Source: an uncultured Spirochaetota bacterium (GTDB taxonomy: Bacteria > Spirochaetota > Brevinematia > Brevinematales > JAOACQ01). Taken from it: a DNA stretch of 64,000 nt. Position 1 is the stretch's first letter. Each line of letters begins with the position of its first letter. The stretch lies in assembly GCA_963768055.1 (NCBI GenBank), contig CAVYGN010000001.1:640001-704000 (forward strand), in the 5' to 3' direction. Positions 21,976 to 32,431 of this stretch are shown piece by piece. The position numbers and the translations under genes are program-made. The notes beneath the pieces were generated by a model. That model ran no database searches. It was given only the letters and a program-made list of their open reading frames with translations, and was not told where the DNA came from.

Positions 21976-22175
21976 CTGTTTCCTTTCGCATATCGTTTTT
22001 TCAGAATATCAATAGCATTATCCTGATGAAAATGGTAAAATCCTTTGGCTGAAAAGAGTCTGATAATGATAAAAACTACTATGGCTAAAAAAAGCAAATG
22101 AATCAGACCACCAAAGCCCCATCCCCATCCCCACATCCCATGCCAGCCGTTTTGCCAATAATTAATCCACATCAT
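21976..22175 (-). pseudogene. SHOCT-domain membrane protein, truncated
   Basis: GMWGWGWGFGG...TM...NAIDILKKRYAKG breaks off where GEI is expected, at a dispersed repeat. Confidence 0.7.
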
Positions 22176-22317
22176 AATTATGCCTCACAAAGTTTTTCAT
22201 ATATAAGATAATAGTTATAGGATTTTCATTAGACAATTCTTTTATCTTAAAGTCTGCCTTTCGATTTGAAGTATTACCAGGTTGTTTGACAAATATTGTT
22301 AAATTCAGATAAGATTA

Positions 22318-23724
22318 TTGAATTTAAAAATGGGGTTAAAAATGCAACAAACAATTTTTTCATTGAGGAAGCCTATAAAGTATTTCTATTTCCTTTTACT
22401 GGTTGTCATTTTCCCTTATCAAGTATTCTCGGATATTGGTCCTCTCCAGGCTCATATCGGTAATGTTGTTATGGTCTCAAATAAAGATATTATTCTTGAA
22501 AATGAGGTCATAAATTTACACTTGTTCAAAGACCATTTTGATGTTGAAGTTATTTATCATTTTTTTAATACGGGGAAAGAACAGAATATAATTGTTGGTT
22601 TTCCTGCAGCATATGGTTCTGGTTTCTCCAGCTATGAACTGATAACAAATTACCATATCTATGATTACGATAAGGAAGTAAAAGTCTATATATCAGGTGA
22701 TACAAATGCTTACGAAATTATTAAAAACGCAAAAAATCCTGCATATAATGGCGAAATTGACCATACCTATGAATGCTCTAAGTTATTTTTTAAAGAGAAT
22801 GAAAAGAAACTAATCAGGAATACTTATTCGCAAAAATACCAATATGTATATGGTAATCCCTTGCGTATTTCTGCAAATTATATCTTAAATACAGGCAGTT
22901 TTTGGAAAGACAATATTAAATCAATTGATGTGAATGCTTATTTTGATGATAATACCTTAGATGGTTTTCAGGATAGATATGAATATTTTAATCTTAAAGA
23001 AGGGTCTGAAGGAATCCATTTTAAAAATGCCTTAGAAGTATTTCCAACAAATTACCAGATTGAGAATAATATTGTCAAACTTCATCTTGAAAATATAAAA
23101 CCCGATTTTGATATTAAAATAGTTCTTCCCAGGTATCTTTATTCTGATTTGTCCGAAAGCTCAGAATTAAAAGATGACAAATATAATTATTCTGTTTCGA
23201 ATGTAATAAATGATGATCCTAATTCAACTTGGGTGGCTGGGGGGAGAAAAGATGGAATTAACGAAAATATTACATTGTTTGTAGGGAATCAATTAAACAT
23301 AGCATTTAACAAAACATTTCAGAAAACATTTACTCCAATATTGATTGATAAAATAGGAATAATTAATGGTTTGTCTGCAAATTCAAATTTGTTCTATGAA
23401 AATAATAGAGTAAAAAAAATAAAGATAACACACAATTATCCCAAGGTAAATGGATATTTGAACACTATGTATTTTGAATCTAAAGAAGTCTCTGAAGTTT
23501 ATGATCTTAAAGATATTATGGAAATGCAATATATCGAGTTTAAGAAACCTGTTTTAGCCAGTTATTTAAAATTTACAATCCTGGATATCTACATGGGAAC
23601 AAAATATCCTCACGATACCTGTATTTCAAAGATAAGAGTTATAACGGAAAAGACAAATGGATTTTCTATGTCTCACTGGCAACAAGATTCAGATAGGAAA
23701 TGGATTTACATTATCAATAAATAG
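22318..23724 (+). CDS. Exported protein, DUF4424-like N-terminus and discoidin/NADase-type glycan-binding-like C-terminus
   Basis: YILNTGSFWKDNI; YSVSNVINDDPNSTWVAG...NNRVKKIKI...DTCISKI. Confidence 0.6.
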   Translation: MNLKMGLKMQQTIFSLRKPIKYFYFLLLVVIFPYQVFSDIGPLQAHIGNVVMVSNKDIILENEVINLHLFKDHFDVEVIYHFFNTGKEQNIIVGFPAAYGSGFSSYELITNYHIYDYDKEVKVYISGDTNAYEIIKNAKNPAYNGEIDHTYECSKLFFKENEKKLIRNTYSQKYQYVYGNPLRISANYILNTGSFWKDNIKSIDVNAYFDDNTLDGFQDRYEYFNLKEGSEGIHFKNALEVFPTNYQIENNIVKLHLENIKPDFDIKIVLPRYLYSDLSESSELKDDKYNYSVSNVINDDPNSTWVAGGRKDGINENITLFVGNQLNIAFNKTFQKTFTPILIDKIGIINGLSANSNLFYENNRVKKIKITHNYPKVNGYLNTMYFESKEVSEVYDLKDIMEMQYIEFKKPVLASYLKFTILDIYMGTKYPHDTCISKIRVITEKTNGFSMSHWQQDSDRKWIYIINK

Positions 23725-23911
23725 ATAAGATAAAAAAATAAAATAATTTTACTCTATAATGGGTAGCCTTTCCACCACCATAAATTTAAAAATTACAGGG
23801 TGTTTTGAAGTTCCGGGAAGGATGAAATAGCATTGGAGATAATCTTCTTCCCCCGCTTATCCGAGTTAGTGCTTTAAACCGGTTTTTGTCAAGGGAGTTG
23901 TCGCTTTTATT

Positions 23912-24940
23912 TTACGCCGCAACCAACGATTCCTTGTTAGTCTTACTCGGGTTTAAAAATACCGATTCTATCCGTTCCCATTTTTTAGATTCTCCTGACC
24001 ATCTTTCAGGATGTCTGCTTTTTGCAGCCGCATAAGTTTCCGCTCTCTTCAGGAGTATCGCCTTATCTTTACCTTCATGTCTCTGTGCTGGTGTGACATA
24101 TCCGATCCCTGAATGAAGATGTTTATTATTATACCAGTCTACAAAATTTTGCATCCATATTTCTACCGATTCCATTGTCTCGAAATTGCCTGGGTATTTC
24201 ACATTATATTTCAATGTTTTAAACAATGATTCTGAGTAAGGGTTATCGTTACTTACACTCGGCCTTGAAAACGACGGCATAACCTGTAACCTCTGCAAGG
24301 TCGCTAACATCGTAGCCCCTTTCATAGGAGAACCATTATCAGAATGTAAATACAAGCCTTTCAAATCAATGGTTTCTCCGATCTCTGCCACCATTCTTGC
24401 GGCATGATCAGAGCTTTCCTCCTCGTGCATTTTCCAGCCGACTATCTTACGGCTCCAGACATCTTCGATCATATAGAGGTAGAAATACTTACCTTTTATA
24501 TGACTGGATATATATGTAATATCCCAACTCCATACCTGATTAGGACCCGTCGCTTCCAGTTCTCTTGGCGTTTTCCTTGCCGTTTTCGGCTTCGTTTCGT
24601 ATCTATGGTGCAGCAAATCATTGTCCTTTAAAACGCGGTAAAAAGATGATTCTGATGCTATATACCGACCTTCCTCTGCCAGCATGGGCACTATTTCATT
24701 CGGCGTCATATCTCTAAATCTCTCGCTGCAACAGCAGGAGATGATCTCCTCCCTTTCTTCGGCCGACAGGGCATTTGAAGGCATTACATTTCTCAATTTT
24801 CTTCTGTCTCCCTCAAGATTTTTATTCCAGCGCTGTATGGTCCTTATATCATAGCCAGATTCTTCACAAGCCTTATCCCTGCTGGCCCCTGTCGTAACAG
24901 CCTCATTAATCAAGGCACAGATATCTATGCGTATATCCAA
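23912..24940 (-). CDS. IS3-family transposase OrfB (DDE)
   Basis: WSWDITY, HSDNGS, NDNPYSESLFKTLK. Confidence 0.95.
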   Translation of the reverse strand: MDIRIDICALINEAVTTGASRDKACEESGYDIRTIQRWNKNLEGDRRKLRNVMPSNALSAEEREEIISCCCSERFRDMTPNEIVPMLAEEGRYIASESSFYRVLKDNDLLHHRYETKPKTARKTPRELEATGPNQVWSWDITYISSHIKGKYFYLYMIEDVWSRKIVGWKMHEEESSDHAARMVAEIGETIDLKGLYLHSDNGSPMKGATMLATLQRLQVMPSFSRPSVSNDNPYSESLFKTLKYNVKYPGNFETMESVEIWMQNFVDWYNNKHLHSGIGYVTPAQRHEGKDKAILLKRAETYAAAKSRHPERWSGESKKWERIESVFLNPSKTNKESLVAA

Positions 24941-24945
24941 TGGAG

Positions 24946-25428
24946 TTAATCTTCCTCGATCCCGAACAGCTTGTTCAGTTTTTTTTTAAGCACCAGCAGA
25001 GAAGTAACCTCGGCTATAGTTTTATCCTTACGGTTAATTTCTTTTTCTAACTCTATGATTTTTGCTTTCAAACCCTTGTTTTCTTCTCTGTATGAGTTAT
25101 TAGATATCACTGATAAACACTCCTGTTTCCAGAGTTCGATATGAGTCGACTGGAGACCATTTTTTCTCAACCACTGTCCTAACTCTTCTCCCGATTGGCT
25201 TGCTGCGTCTACTACCGCCTGATATTTATCAGATAATTTCCAGCCTCTCGGGCTTCTATCCTGGAATCCTCTGGATACATTATTCTGGATCATTTTCCTC
25301 CAGTTGTAAAGGGTTTGTTCACATACTCCTATTTCCTGGCTCAGTTCAGATACTGTTTTTCCTCCTGGCATACACATCTTTTGAACGATAGATTTCCTGA
25401 ATTCCTCTGAACGAATTTGACTATTCAT
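24946..25428 (-). CDS. IS3-family OrfA (HTH)
   Basis: HTH-like N-terminus; ends LVLKKKL over the slippery A-run. Confidence 0.9.
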   Translation of the reverse strand: MNSQIRSEEFRKSIVQKMCMPGGKTVSELSQEIGVCEQTLYNWRKMIQNNVSRGFQDRSPRGWKLSDKYQAVVDAASQSGEELGQWLRKNGLQSTHIELWKQECLSVISNNSYREENKGLKAKIIELEKEINRKDKTIAEVTSLLVLKKKLNKLFGIEED

Positions 25429-25566
25429 TTTTTGTCTCCTAATATTTTAGGCGACAACTATCCTAACACACGGGGAAACCTTATAATCCATATCAATCCT
25501 CCATTGTGGAATGACAAATATTATAGGGTAATATAAAATTTTACCGTCAAATTATTGCGTTCGAAG

Positions 25567-26957
25567 TTATCTGTAAACCTCGATCGGGCCGAAATACATA
25601 TTGTATGTGCCCAGGCGCCCGCCCCTGAGAGTGTCGACATTGAAGAACTCGAGCGTCTTTATCGGGAAGTTGAGTATGCCGTTAAGTACGGCGTTAGTGG
25701 GCTGGTTGTCCCTCCTCCTGCGGAGCTTGCAGAAGGGTATGGTTATCCTCTTCCATCCCTTCCAGTCGTCGTCAACGACATATATCCACCTCTGATTATA
25801 CGCGTCCGTGATAATGATGTTAAACCACTTCTTCGACAGGTTCCCGGCCGCCAAGATGCTGAGTGCATCGTACCCCTTCCAGTTTCCCTCGTCAACCGTA
25901 AGAAGTTTAAAACCTGCGTAACCGCCCCCTTGTAACGATACGGAAAGGACAAAACAATTATAAAATGATTTATCGGGAAATCCCGGGATTTCTTTTTGAT
26001 TAACGTAAAAGAAATTGGTAGTAATAGCGCCGTTATTTTGCTGGATTAATTCTGATATAATTTGACCGTAAAAGAAATTGGTAGTTATGCTTCCAGAACC
26101 TATGCTGACATCATAATAAATTGGTCCAACATATCCCCTAACATTCTTGAAATCGGTGACGAGTTTCCTGTTGGTCGCGAAGCTGATATTAGTCGATTCC
26201 CCGGCGTCAAGCTGGACACCCGTATCGATAACCTCGGCCCCGTCGCTTACTCGTTTCATGGAACATGGTATTTAGTTTTCGACAGTATTTTCAGTTCCAG
26301 CGAGAAATCCCTGTTGGAAGGGTTCGCCACAAGCCTGTCGTTGACATAAAGCTCGTATTCCTCGGGGGGGATGCTGAAATTGCCGAATTTTAAAAAGGCG
26401 AGTTTTTTGTCCTCTTTAAGGATCGACTTGACGATATAGCCTGTCATGCCGTCGATACCCTCAAAAATGTCCTCGTCAGTCGGCACCTTGAAAACGTTCG
26501 TTATTTCGCTTTTTGTTATCCTGCTCCATATGATAAGATTAATATTCGCCTCCGGGTCGGACCTTTTCCCGGAAAAAAAATAGTTTCCGTAAACGATAAA
26601 ATCGGCCTTATTTGCGGCGGCTGTTTCTCCAGGGTTCTGCATTATTATTGTATCGAGTTCCTGCTTTTCAGGCAGATCTATCGAAGGCACGAGTGAAAAC
26701 AGCGAATAAAAAGAATTGAACATCATGGTACTGACTACTTTAGTGTTTACATACTTGATTTTTCCGTTCGTGTCGCTCACATAGTCGAAGGGCAGTATAA
26801 GCATCTTGTGTTCCTTAACTATTATAAAGTTAGTGTCCCTCGCGACTTCCAGATAGACGTTTTCTTCGCTATTCTTCGCGGAATTCGAACATGAGAAATA
26901 AAACAGCGAGGTCACGATAAATGCCGAGGCAAGGCAAAAGATATTCCTGACAGGCAT
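25567..26957 (-). pseudogene. Lipoprotein paralog 3 with CBM11-like C-terminal domain, frameshifted near 26260
   Basis: HKMLILPFDY...SFYSLFSLVPSIDLP and VPTDEDIFEGID match paralogs 1 and 2; homology continues in ORF 25567-26259; WKGYDALS...DDWKGWKRITIPF resembles CBM11. Confidence 0.7.
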
Positions 26958-27096
26958 AATTCGATCCCCCTTTCTAGATAATATATATTAATGTGTCTGA
27001 TACGATCGATTATAATTTTTGAATAAGTCTAAGTCGATATTTCCCAAATGGCTCATCATTTTTGCCATCCTCGAAAGCTCCTTCATTACCATAACA

Positions 27097-27125
27097 ATTA
27101 TACCATGACCAAAACATCGTGTCAA
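27097..27125 (-). promoter_or_regulatory. Consensus sigma70 promoter TTGACA-N17-TATAAT
   Basis: TTGACAcgatgttttggtcatggTATAAT; spacer shared with 4281-4309. Confidence 0.8.
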
Positions 27126-27267
27126 ACCAATTTTTGACTGTTTTTGATTGCAGGCTAATAAAAATACCTCCTTCATTCTCTATTTCTTCGCAGTCAGTGC
27201 ATTATTCCTCCCTTTTTTTTATAAAAACCGACAGTAAACACACCTCTATTTCAACCTTCCTTCTTTG

Positions 27268-27322
27268 TCCAGCCTGCCGTTCTTCATTGAATTTTGATAA
27301 AAGAGCCGGAAGGGGATAGAAT
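27268..27322 (+). repeat. Intergenic cassette repeat with promoter
   Basis: CCAGCCTGCC...TTGAATTTTGATAAAAGAGCCGGAAGGGGATAGAAT; -35 at 27294, -10 at 27317. Confidence 0.8.
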
Positions 27323-27420
27323 GAGGAATATTTATCAGCTTTTCATAAGTTTTGGACAATTATTGTGATAATTATTAATAAAATTATGATATAATATTTT
27401 CATAAAAAAGGAGGATTATT

Positions 27421-27924
27421 ATGCCGGATTCAATTCTTGTTGCCTATACTACAGTTGCGGGTTCAACAAAGGAAGTTGCTGAAAATTTAGGAATGGTGTT
27501 GAAAGAGGATGGTTTTAAAGTTGATATCTTACCTTTAAAAGAAATATCTTCAGTTGAAGGTTATAAAGCAATTATAATAGGGGCGCCTCTCTATATGTTT
27601 CATTGGCACAAAGATGCTCATCGTTTTCTTGAGAAGTACCGTAAAAACTTAATAAATATCCCTATAGCAGTTTTTGCTCTTGGACCCTTTAATGATGTAG
27701 AGAAAGAATGGAATGACGTAAAAGCCAACTTTGTTTTAGAATTAACAAAACATTCCTGGTTAATACCTGTTGATTCAACAATATTTGGCGGAAAATTTGA
27801 TCCTTCTAAACTGAAATTCCCATTTAATTTAATTCCAGCACTTAAGAAGCTACCTACCAGTGATATTAGAGATTGGGACAAAATAAGGTTTTGGGCTGAT
27901 AACTTGGCTAGTAAAATTAAATAA
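27421..27924 (+). CDS. Flavodoxin-domain protein (HemG-like)
   Basis: ILVAYTTVAGSTKEVA, IIIGAPLY, DIRDWDKIRFWA. Confidence 0.85.
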   Translation: MPDSILVAYTTVAGSTKEVAENLGMVLKEDGFKVDILPLKEISSVEGYKAIIIGAPLYMFHWHKDAHRFLEKYRKNLINIPIAVFALGPFNDVEKEWNDVKANFVLELTKHSWLIPVDSTIFGGKFDPSKLKFPFNLIPALKKLPTSDIRDWDKIRFWADNLASKIK

Positions 27925-27954
27925 CTTTTACTTATTGGTAACCAAGTGATACAC

Positions 27955-28007
27955 CTTGCCAGACAAATAGTGAATTTTGATAAAAGTGCCAAGGGAAGAT
28001 AGAATAA
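27955..28007 (+). repeat. Intergenic cassette repeat with promoter
   Basis: TTGCCAGACAAA...TTGATA(27977)-N17-TAGAAT(28000). Confidence 0.8.
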
Positions 28008-28030
28008 AGGAAAAATTTTGGAGGAGTATA

Positions 28031-28684
28031 ATGTTTGAAAGGTTAACAATAGAGCACGATAAAAAATTTGAAGATATTATTGAATCACGCCGCTCAGTAA
28101 GAGCGTTCAAATCAAATCCTCCCGAGGATGATATTATAAAGAAGATAATCTCTGCGGGTCTTATTGCTCCATTTGCTGCAATCCCGGCTGCTGGAACCAA
28201 AGATTTTCGAAAGTTTTTTATTATACCTGCAGCATCAAAAACAATTGAACAAATTTCAATGATTGTAGATGAACGACTCCAAATGTTAAAAGAGTCTCTT
28301 GAAAAAGAGTATGGAGATCATCCATATACAAATTTTATAAAACTGGCAGCTTCTGCAAAGTTTCAGAAAATAATTGGGAATGCACCTTTTTTAATAATTG
28401 CTGCTGAAAGGAAAGGAATACCTTCTAATACATCTGAATCTTTAAGTTATTGTATGTATAATATGTGGCTTAGAGCAATATCTTTGAAAATTGGTTTCTG
28501 CCTATTTTCATTATTGACAACATTAAACTTAGAAAATGATTCCAAGTTTTGCAATACAATAAAATTACCTATCGGAACCTTTGCTATAAATGCTTGTTTA
28601 ATAGGCTATCCCGATGATTCTTTTAAAGTTCAGCCAGTAAATTATCCTGATTATGATCAAAATATAATGTGGTTTAAAAATTAA
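28031..28684 (+). CDS. Nitroreductase family protein
   Basis: IESRRSVRAFK, AGLIAP, NMWLRAISLKIG, IGYP. Confidence 0.85.
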   Translation: MFERLTIEHDKKFEDIIESRRSVRAFKSNPPEDDIIKKIISAGLIAPFAAIPAAGTKDFRKFFIIPAASKTIEQISMIVDERLQMLKESLEKEYGDHPYTNFIKLAASAKFQKIIGNAPFLIIAAERKGIPSNTSESLSYCMYNMWLRAISLKIGFCLFSLLTTLNLENDSKFCNTIKLPIGTFAINACLIGYPDDSFKVQPVNYPDYDQNIMWFKN

Positions 28685-28721
28685 TTTCAGTGAATATTAA
28701 TTGCTCTTCCCCCTCTGCTTT

Positions 28722-29084
28722 ATGCAAAAGAAGGAAACCTGTCCAACTAATTTAGTCCCAGCAGATTCATATTTTATGGTAAATGAATCTGGGAAAATAA
28801 TAGGAACAGTTCAAATAAGGCATACATTAAATGAATATTTACTGAACTATGGCGGTCATATCGGTTATGGAATCCGACCATTAGAACGCCAAAAAGGACA
28901 CGCAAAAGTTATATTAAAGCTTGCTTTGAAAAGATGTCTCGAATTGAATATCAGGAAGATTCTAATAACCTGTAATAAAGGCAATATTGCTTCTGCAAAA
29001 ACCATTATTGCTAATGGTGGTGTACTTGAGAATGAAATTCCAGAAGGAGATAAAATAAAGCAAAGATACTGGATTACTATTTAA
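28722..29084 (+). pseudogene. GNAT acetyltransferase, 5'-truncated at a repeat copy (28703-28721)
   Basis: IRHTLNEYLLNYGGHIGYGIRP..R.KG...NIASAKTIIANGG; the N-terminal part is replaced by GCTCTTCCCCCTCTGCTTT. Confidence 0.7.
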
Positions 29085-29100
29085 GTGAAAATTTCTAATT

Positions 29101-29188
29101 CTCTCCCGCTGCTTTGCATTCTTCCCCCGTTTTCAGCATTGCCAGACAAATGAAATTTTGATAAATCTGAGGGACGGGATTAGAATAA
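29101..29188 (+). repeat. Full-length intergenic cassette repeat with promoter
   Basis: CTCTCCCGCTGCTTTGC-CTTCCCCCG-TTGCCAGACAAA-TTGATA(29158)-N17-TAGAAT(29181). Confidence 0.85.
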
Positions 29189-29239
29189 TAACGGGGGTGG
29201 ATTGATACATTAAACATATAGAGATTCAGAGGGTTGTAA

Positions 29240-29743
29240 ATGTTAGGCCTTGAAAGAAAAAAAGTTATTCTTGTGGAACATGACGATGAATGGATTTCAA
29301 ACTATGAATCAGAATCTACGGCTATAAGGGATGCTTTAGGTGATTTGGTAATCGATATACAGCATTTCGGCAGTACATCTGTACCGGGATTAAAAGCAAA
29401 GCCTATTATTGATATTTTGGTTGGAATACAGTCATTCGATAAAATTGATTTGATTATTAAACAAATGGAATCTTTGGATTACACATATGCTCATTGGGCA
29501 GGAATACCTGATGATTATACTTTCAGAAAAGGTGATAAAACGACATACTTAGTTCATATAGTAATTTATAAAACAAACAATTGGAACCATAATATTACAT
29601 TTCGTGATAAGCTCAGAAACGACTCTGCTTTATTTAAGCAATACGAGAATTTAAAAGAAGGCTTAGCCAAAAAATATCCAGATTCCCGTGAAAAATATAC
29701 AATGGGGAAAAGTAAATTTATTGAAGATACATTGAACGGATAA
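29240..29743 (+). CDS. GrpB family protein
   Basis: IQHFGSTSVPGLKAKPIIDILVG, FRDKLR, YTMGKSKFI. Confidence 0.9.
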   Translation: MLGLERKKVILVEHDDEWISNYESESTAIRDALGDLVIDIQHFGSTSVPGLKAKPIIDILVGIQSFDKIDLIIKQMESLDYTYAHWAGIPDDYTFRKGDKTTYLVHIVIYKTNNWNHNITFRDKLRNDSALFKQYENLKEGLAKKYPDSREKYTMGKSKFIEDTLNG

Positions 29744-29766
29744 GAAAAGCATCCAGTATTTTATCA

Positions 29767-29797
29767 GCTCCCTCTGCTTTGCCCGCTGTGAGGGATG
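29767..29797 (+). repeat. Short-form cassette repeat
   Basis: GCTCCCTCTGCTTTGCCCGCTGTGAGGGATG. Confidence 0.8.
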
Positions 29798-29834
29798 TAA
29801 GGTGGGGATATTTTTATTGAAAGGAGATTATTAT

Positions 29835-30608
29835 ATGAATCAGAAAATAGTAAACATGCTTATTAAACCTGGAACAAATGAAAATTTGGAATATTTTGAA
29901 AAAGACGGAATAGAATGGTTACAGGATAAAAGTGATAACAAATATAAGATAGATGATGGAATTATTCGCTTTCTTGCTGGAATTGAATTATCAGGAAATA
30001 ATAAGAGTTTTCAGAAAATGTATGATGGATTTTCAGGATTATATGATTTTGTCACACACTTTTTCGCTCTATTTAGAAGAGGTGGGGAGAAAAGAAGTCT
30101 TATGCAATATCTTTCAGAATTGGATATAATAGATGGTGAGAAAGTTATCGAAATATCTATTGGGACAGGGAGAAATATAAAATATCTGAATCCCCAAGCC
30201 GAATATTTTGGTGTAGACATTTCTTTTGGAATGCTTAGAAAGTGTATGAGAAATATGTTAAAGCGAAGATATACTATTAATCTGATTCAGGCTGAAGCAG
30301 AAAACCTTCCTCTTCGTGATAATTCTTTCGATCATGTTTTTTCTGCCGGAGGTTTTAATTATTTTAATGATAGGCAAAAAGCGATTGATGAAATGTTACG
30401 GATTGCAAAGCCTGGAACTAAATTAATGATTTCTGATGAGCCAGAAAAAATGATGAAATCATTTGAAAATATTCCTATTTTTGGAAAACTTTTTAAGCAG
30501 GATATGTCAAAAAAGCCGATTGATTTTGTTCCAAAAAATTGTCTTGAAATACAGTATAGAGAAATTTGTAATGGCGATCTGTATGTTTTAACTTTTATAA
30601 AACCATAA
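29835..30608 (+). CDS. Class I SAM-dependent methyltransferase
   Basis: VIEISIGTG, GVDIS, AENLPLRDNSFD, EMLRIAKPG. Confidence 0.9.
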   Translation: MNQKIVNMLIKPGTNENLEYFEKDGIEWLQDKSDNKYKIDDGIIRFLAGIELSGNNKSFQKMYDGFSGLYDFVTHFFALFRRGGEKRSLMQYLSELDIIDGEKVIEISIGTGRNIKYLNPQAEYFGVDISFGMLRKCMRNMLKRRYTINLIQAEAENLPLRDNSFDHVFSAGGFNYFNDRQKAIDEMLRIAKPGTKLMISDEPEKMMKSFENIPIFGKLFKQDMSKKPIDFVPKNCLEIQYREICNGDLYVLTFIKP

Positions 30609-30746
30609 TAGGAACTATCTATTGCCAGGTAAGAATTATTCAATCTTCATACTATTCCCCATCTTTCATTTCCCCTTGCCTTTTCTTTACCCCCTTCCCC
30701 CTTTATTATATAATACTCTCAAGAATTTCAAATAGAGAGGGGAATT

Positions 30747-31040
30747 ATGGCAACCGATTACTTTGAAGCGAGAAAAGCTGCAAGAAAGCCGGTTTGTATA
30801 GAAGCTGCTTATGAGTTGAATGGCATAAAAGCTGACTGTGCCATTTTAGACATATCCTCTTCAGGATTAAGAATGCGGGTAAAGGGGCTTCTTTATAAGA
30901 ACGACAAAGTTAATATAAAATTGGATGATCAGAAATTTCCTTCAATGGTAGTTTATGTTGAAGGAAATATTATTGATGTTCATTTTATGGAACTAACGGA
31001 TAGTCAGTTAAATTATATTTTCAAACTTAAAGGATTTTGA
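30747..31040 (+). CDS. PilZ-domain protein
   Basis: RxxxR (RKAAR) and DxSxxG (DISSSG) motifs. Confidence 0.85.
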   Translation: MATDYFEARKAARKPVCIEAAYELNGIKADCAILDISSSGLRMRVKGLLYKNDKVNIKLDDQKFPSMVVYVEGNIIDVHFMELTDSQLNYIFKLKGF

Positions 31041-31115
31041 TAAAGTTAATTAGCAGAGAGGTATCTTATGGCTGAATGTGAAAGCTTGAACTCGCAGGGA
31101 GTGATCGTAGTAATA

Positions 31116-31706
31116 TTAATGATAAGAATTTTTAAACGCAAATTTTTCAATCGACTCGAATAATGTTTTCTGCTGGCCATGTAAGGTCTCGCTGGAATAT
31201 AAAAGAGGCACAAAAAATCCTGAAATAGATTCCTCAAAGTAGACTTTTGTATTTCCGTCAGGCATTGACTGTAGAACATGCCTGTCGATCCCCTTTGTCC
31301 ACAAAGATCTTCCAACCCACGTTAATTCGTTCTCAGGATTTACAACCGCAAATTTAGCGTTTATCTGGAACCCTTTTGATTTAAAAGACATTCGGGCGCC
31401 GGCAGATACCGTTGATTCAAGTTTGACTTCGCTGAAAGAAGGATCAATCCGGGGCCATTCCTGAAAATTGAAAAGAATATCCCAAACTTTAGCGATAGGT
31501 GCTTTAATAATACCTTCGAAGGAGGATTTAATCGCAGCCTTTTCATCAATTAGCCCTTTTTGTGCATATTCTTTGAATAATTTGTCGTAAGAAGGTCCAT
31601 TATAAAAAATCTTTCCCATAAAACCCTCCTCATTTATTGATCCTAAAAACAAAATCACAAATAATAGTAATAAAGCCCCTAAAAAAAAGTACCATTTGAA
31701 TTTCAT
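31116..31706 (-). CDS. SRPBCC family protein
   Basis: IKAPIAKVWDIL.NFQEWP...ELTWVG...FEESISG. Confidence 0.8.
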   Translation of the reverse strand: MKFKWYFFLGALLLLFVILFLGSINEEGFMGKIFYNGPSYDKLFKEYAQKGLIDEKAAIKSSFEGIIKAPIAKVWDILFNFQEWPRIDPSFSEVKLESTVSAGARMSFKSKGFQINAKFAVVNPENELTWVGRSLWTKGIDRHVLQSMPDGNTKVYFEESISGFFVPLLYSSETLHGQQKTLFESIEKFAFKNSYH

Positions 31707-32092
31707 AGCTTTACTTCTTTATCCGATATTTCCCAAATAACACACAACACTCTCCCGTTTGAGAGATTATTTTATTATGATAACAGAAAACATTCTTGTC
31801 AATGTCAAAATCAGGTTTTCTTTCCATAAAATCACTTCAATATTAACATAAAATCAGATTTCAGGCGATTTCCTGATAACCTTTATACAAAAAGGGGATA
31901 GTAACACCTTGTAAAATCTGATATCGAATGATAGTGTTAACCAACGCCAAACAGTAACCTTAATCTATGTAATCTATCAAAGATAGCAGCAAACAACCCT
32001 TTCGGTACGGCCGAGCCTTAAAAAGTGGGAGGTATCATCTGGCACTCGTAAAAAATATTTATTAGTGCCAGAGTGCCAGGATAAACGTGATA

Positions 32093-32431
32093 TTAGAATT
32101 CTTTTTTTATAATTCTATCAAAAAGGACATCTTCAATATTTCTTCTGCCATCAATTACCGCAAGAATAAATATATCGGTTTTATCAATTTTGTAGAAAAT
32201 CCTCCAGGGATTGTCGATTATTTCCCGGTATATATTAATATTAAGAGATTCTAATTCTGGTATGATTCTTCCTTTATTCTGCATGAATTGTAAATCATCA
32301 ACTTTTGAAATAATTCTTTTATAAATTTGATTGGCTCGTTCAAACCCGTCTTTCATGATAAAATCAACAATATTATTTAAGTCTCGCTGTGCTGGTTTAG
32401 TCCACTTAACATTATAACTTGAATTATCCAT
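32093..32431 (-). CDS. RelE/ParE family toxin
   Basis: VKWTKPAQRDL, GRIIPEL, YREII..PWRIFY, VIDGRRN. Confidence 0.9.
   Translation of the reverse strand: MDNSSYNVKWTKPAQRDLNNIVDFIMKDGFERANQIYKRIISKVDDLQFMQNKGRIIPELESLNINIYREIIDNPWRIFYKIDKTDIFILAVIDGRRNIEDVLFDRIIKKEF

Larger units (their letters stand above)
23880..25475 (-). mobile_element. IS3-family insertion sequence, copy 1 (1596 bp)
   Basis: Matches 52021-53616; 4-bp TSD AAAC; orfA/orfB with an A9 slippery run. Confidence 0.95.

Noticed and set aside
16159..30676. Shared CCCATCTTTCATTT(T)CCCCT after stop codons at 16159 and 30658
   Set aside because: Only two low-complexity copies; may be related to the repeat's pyrimidine arm but this cannot be supported.
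32039..32080. TGGCACTC...GAGTGCCA dyad as a CIRCE element
   Set aside because: The spacer is far longer than 9 bp, the arms differ from TTAGCACTC, and no heat-shock gene is adjacent.
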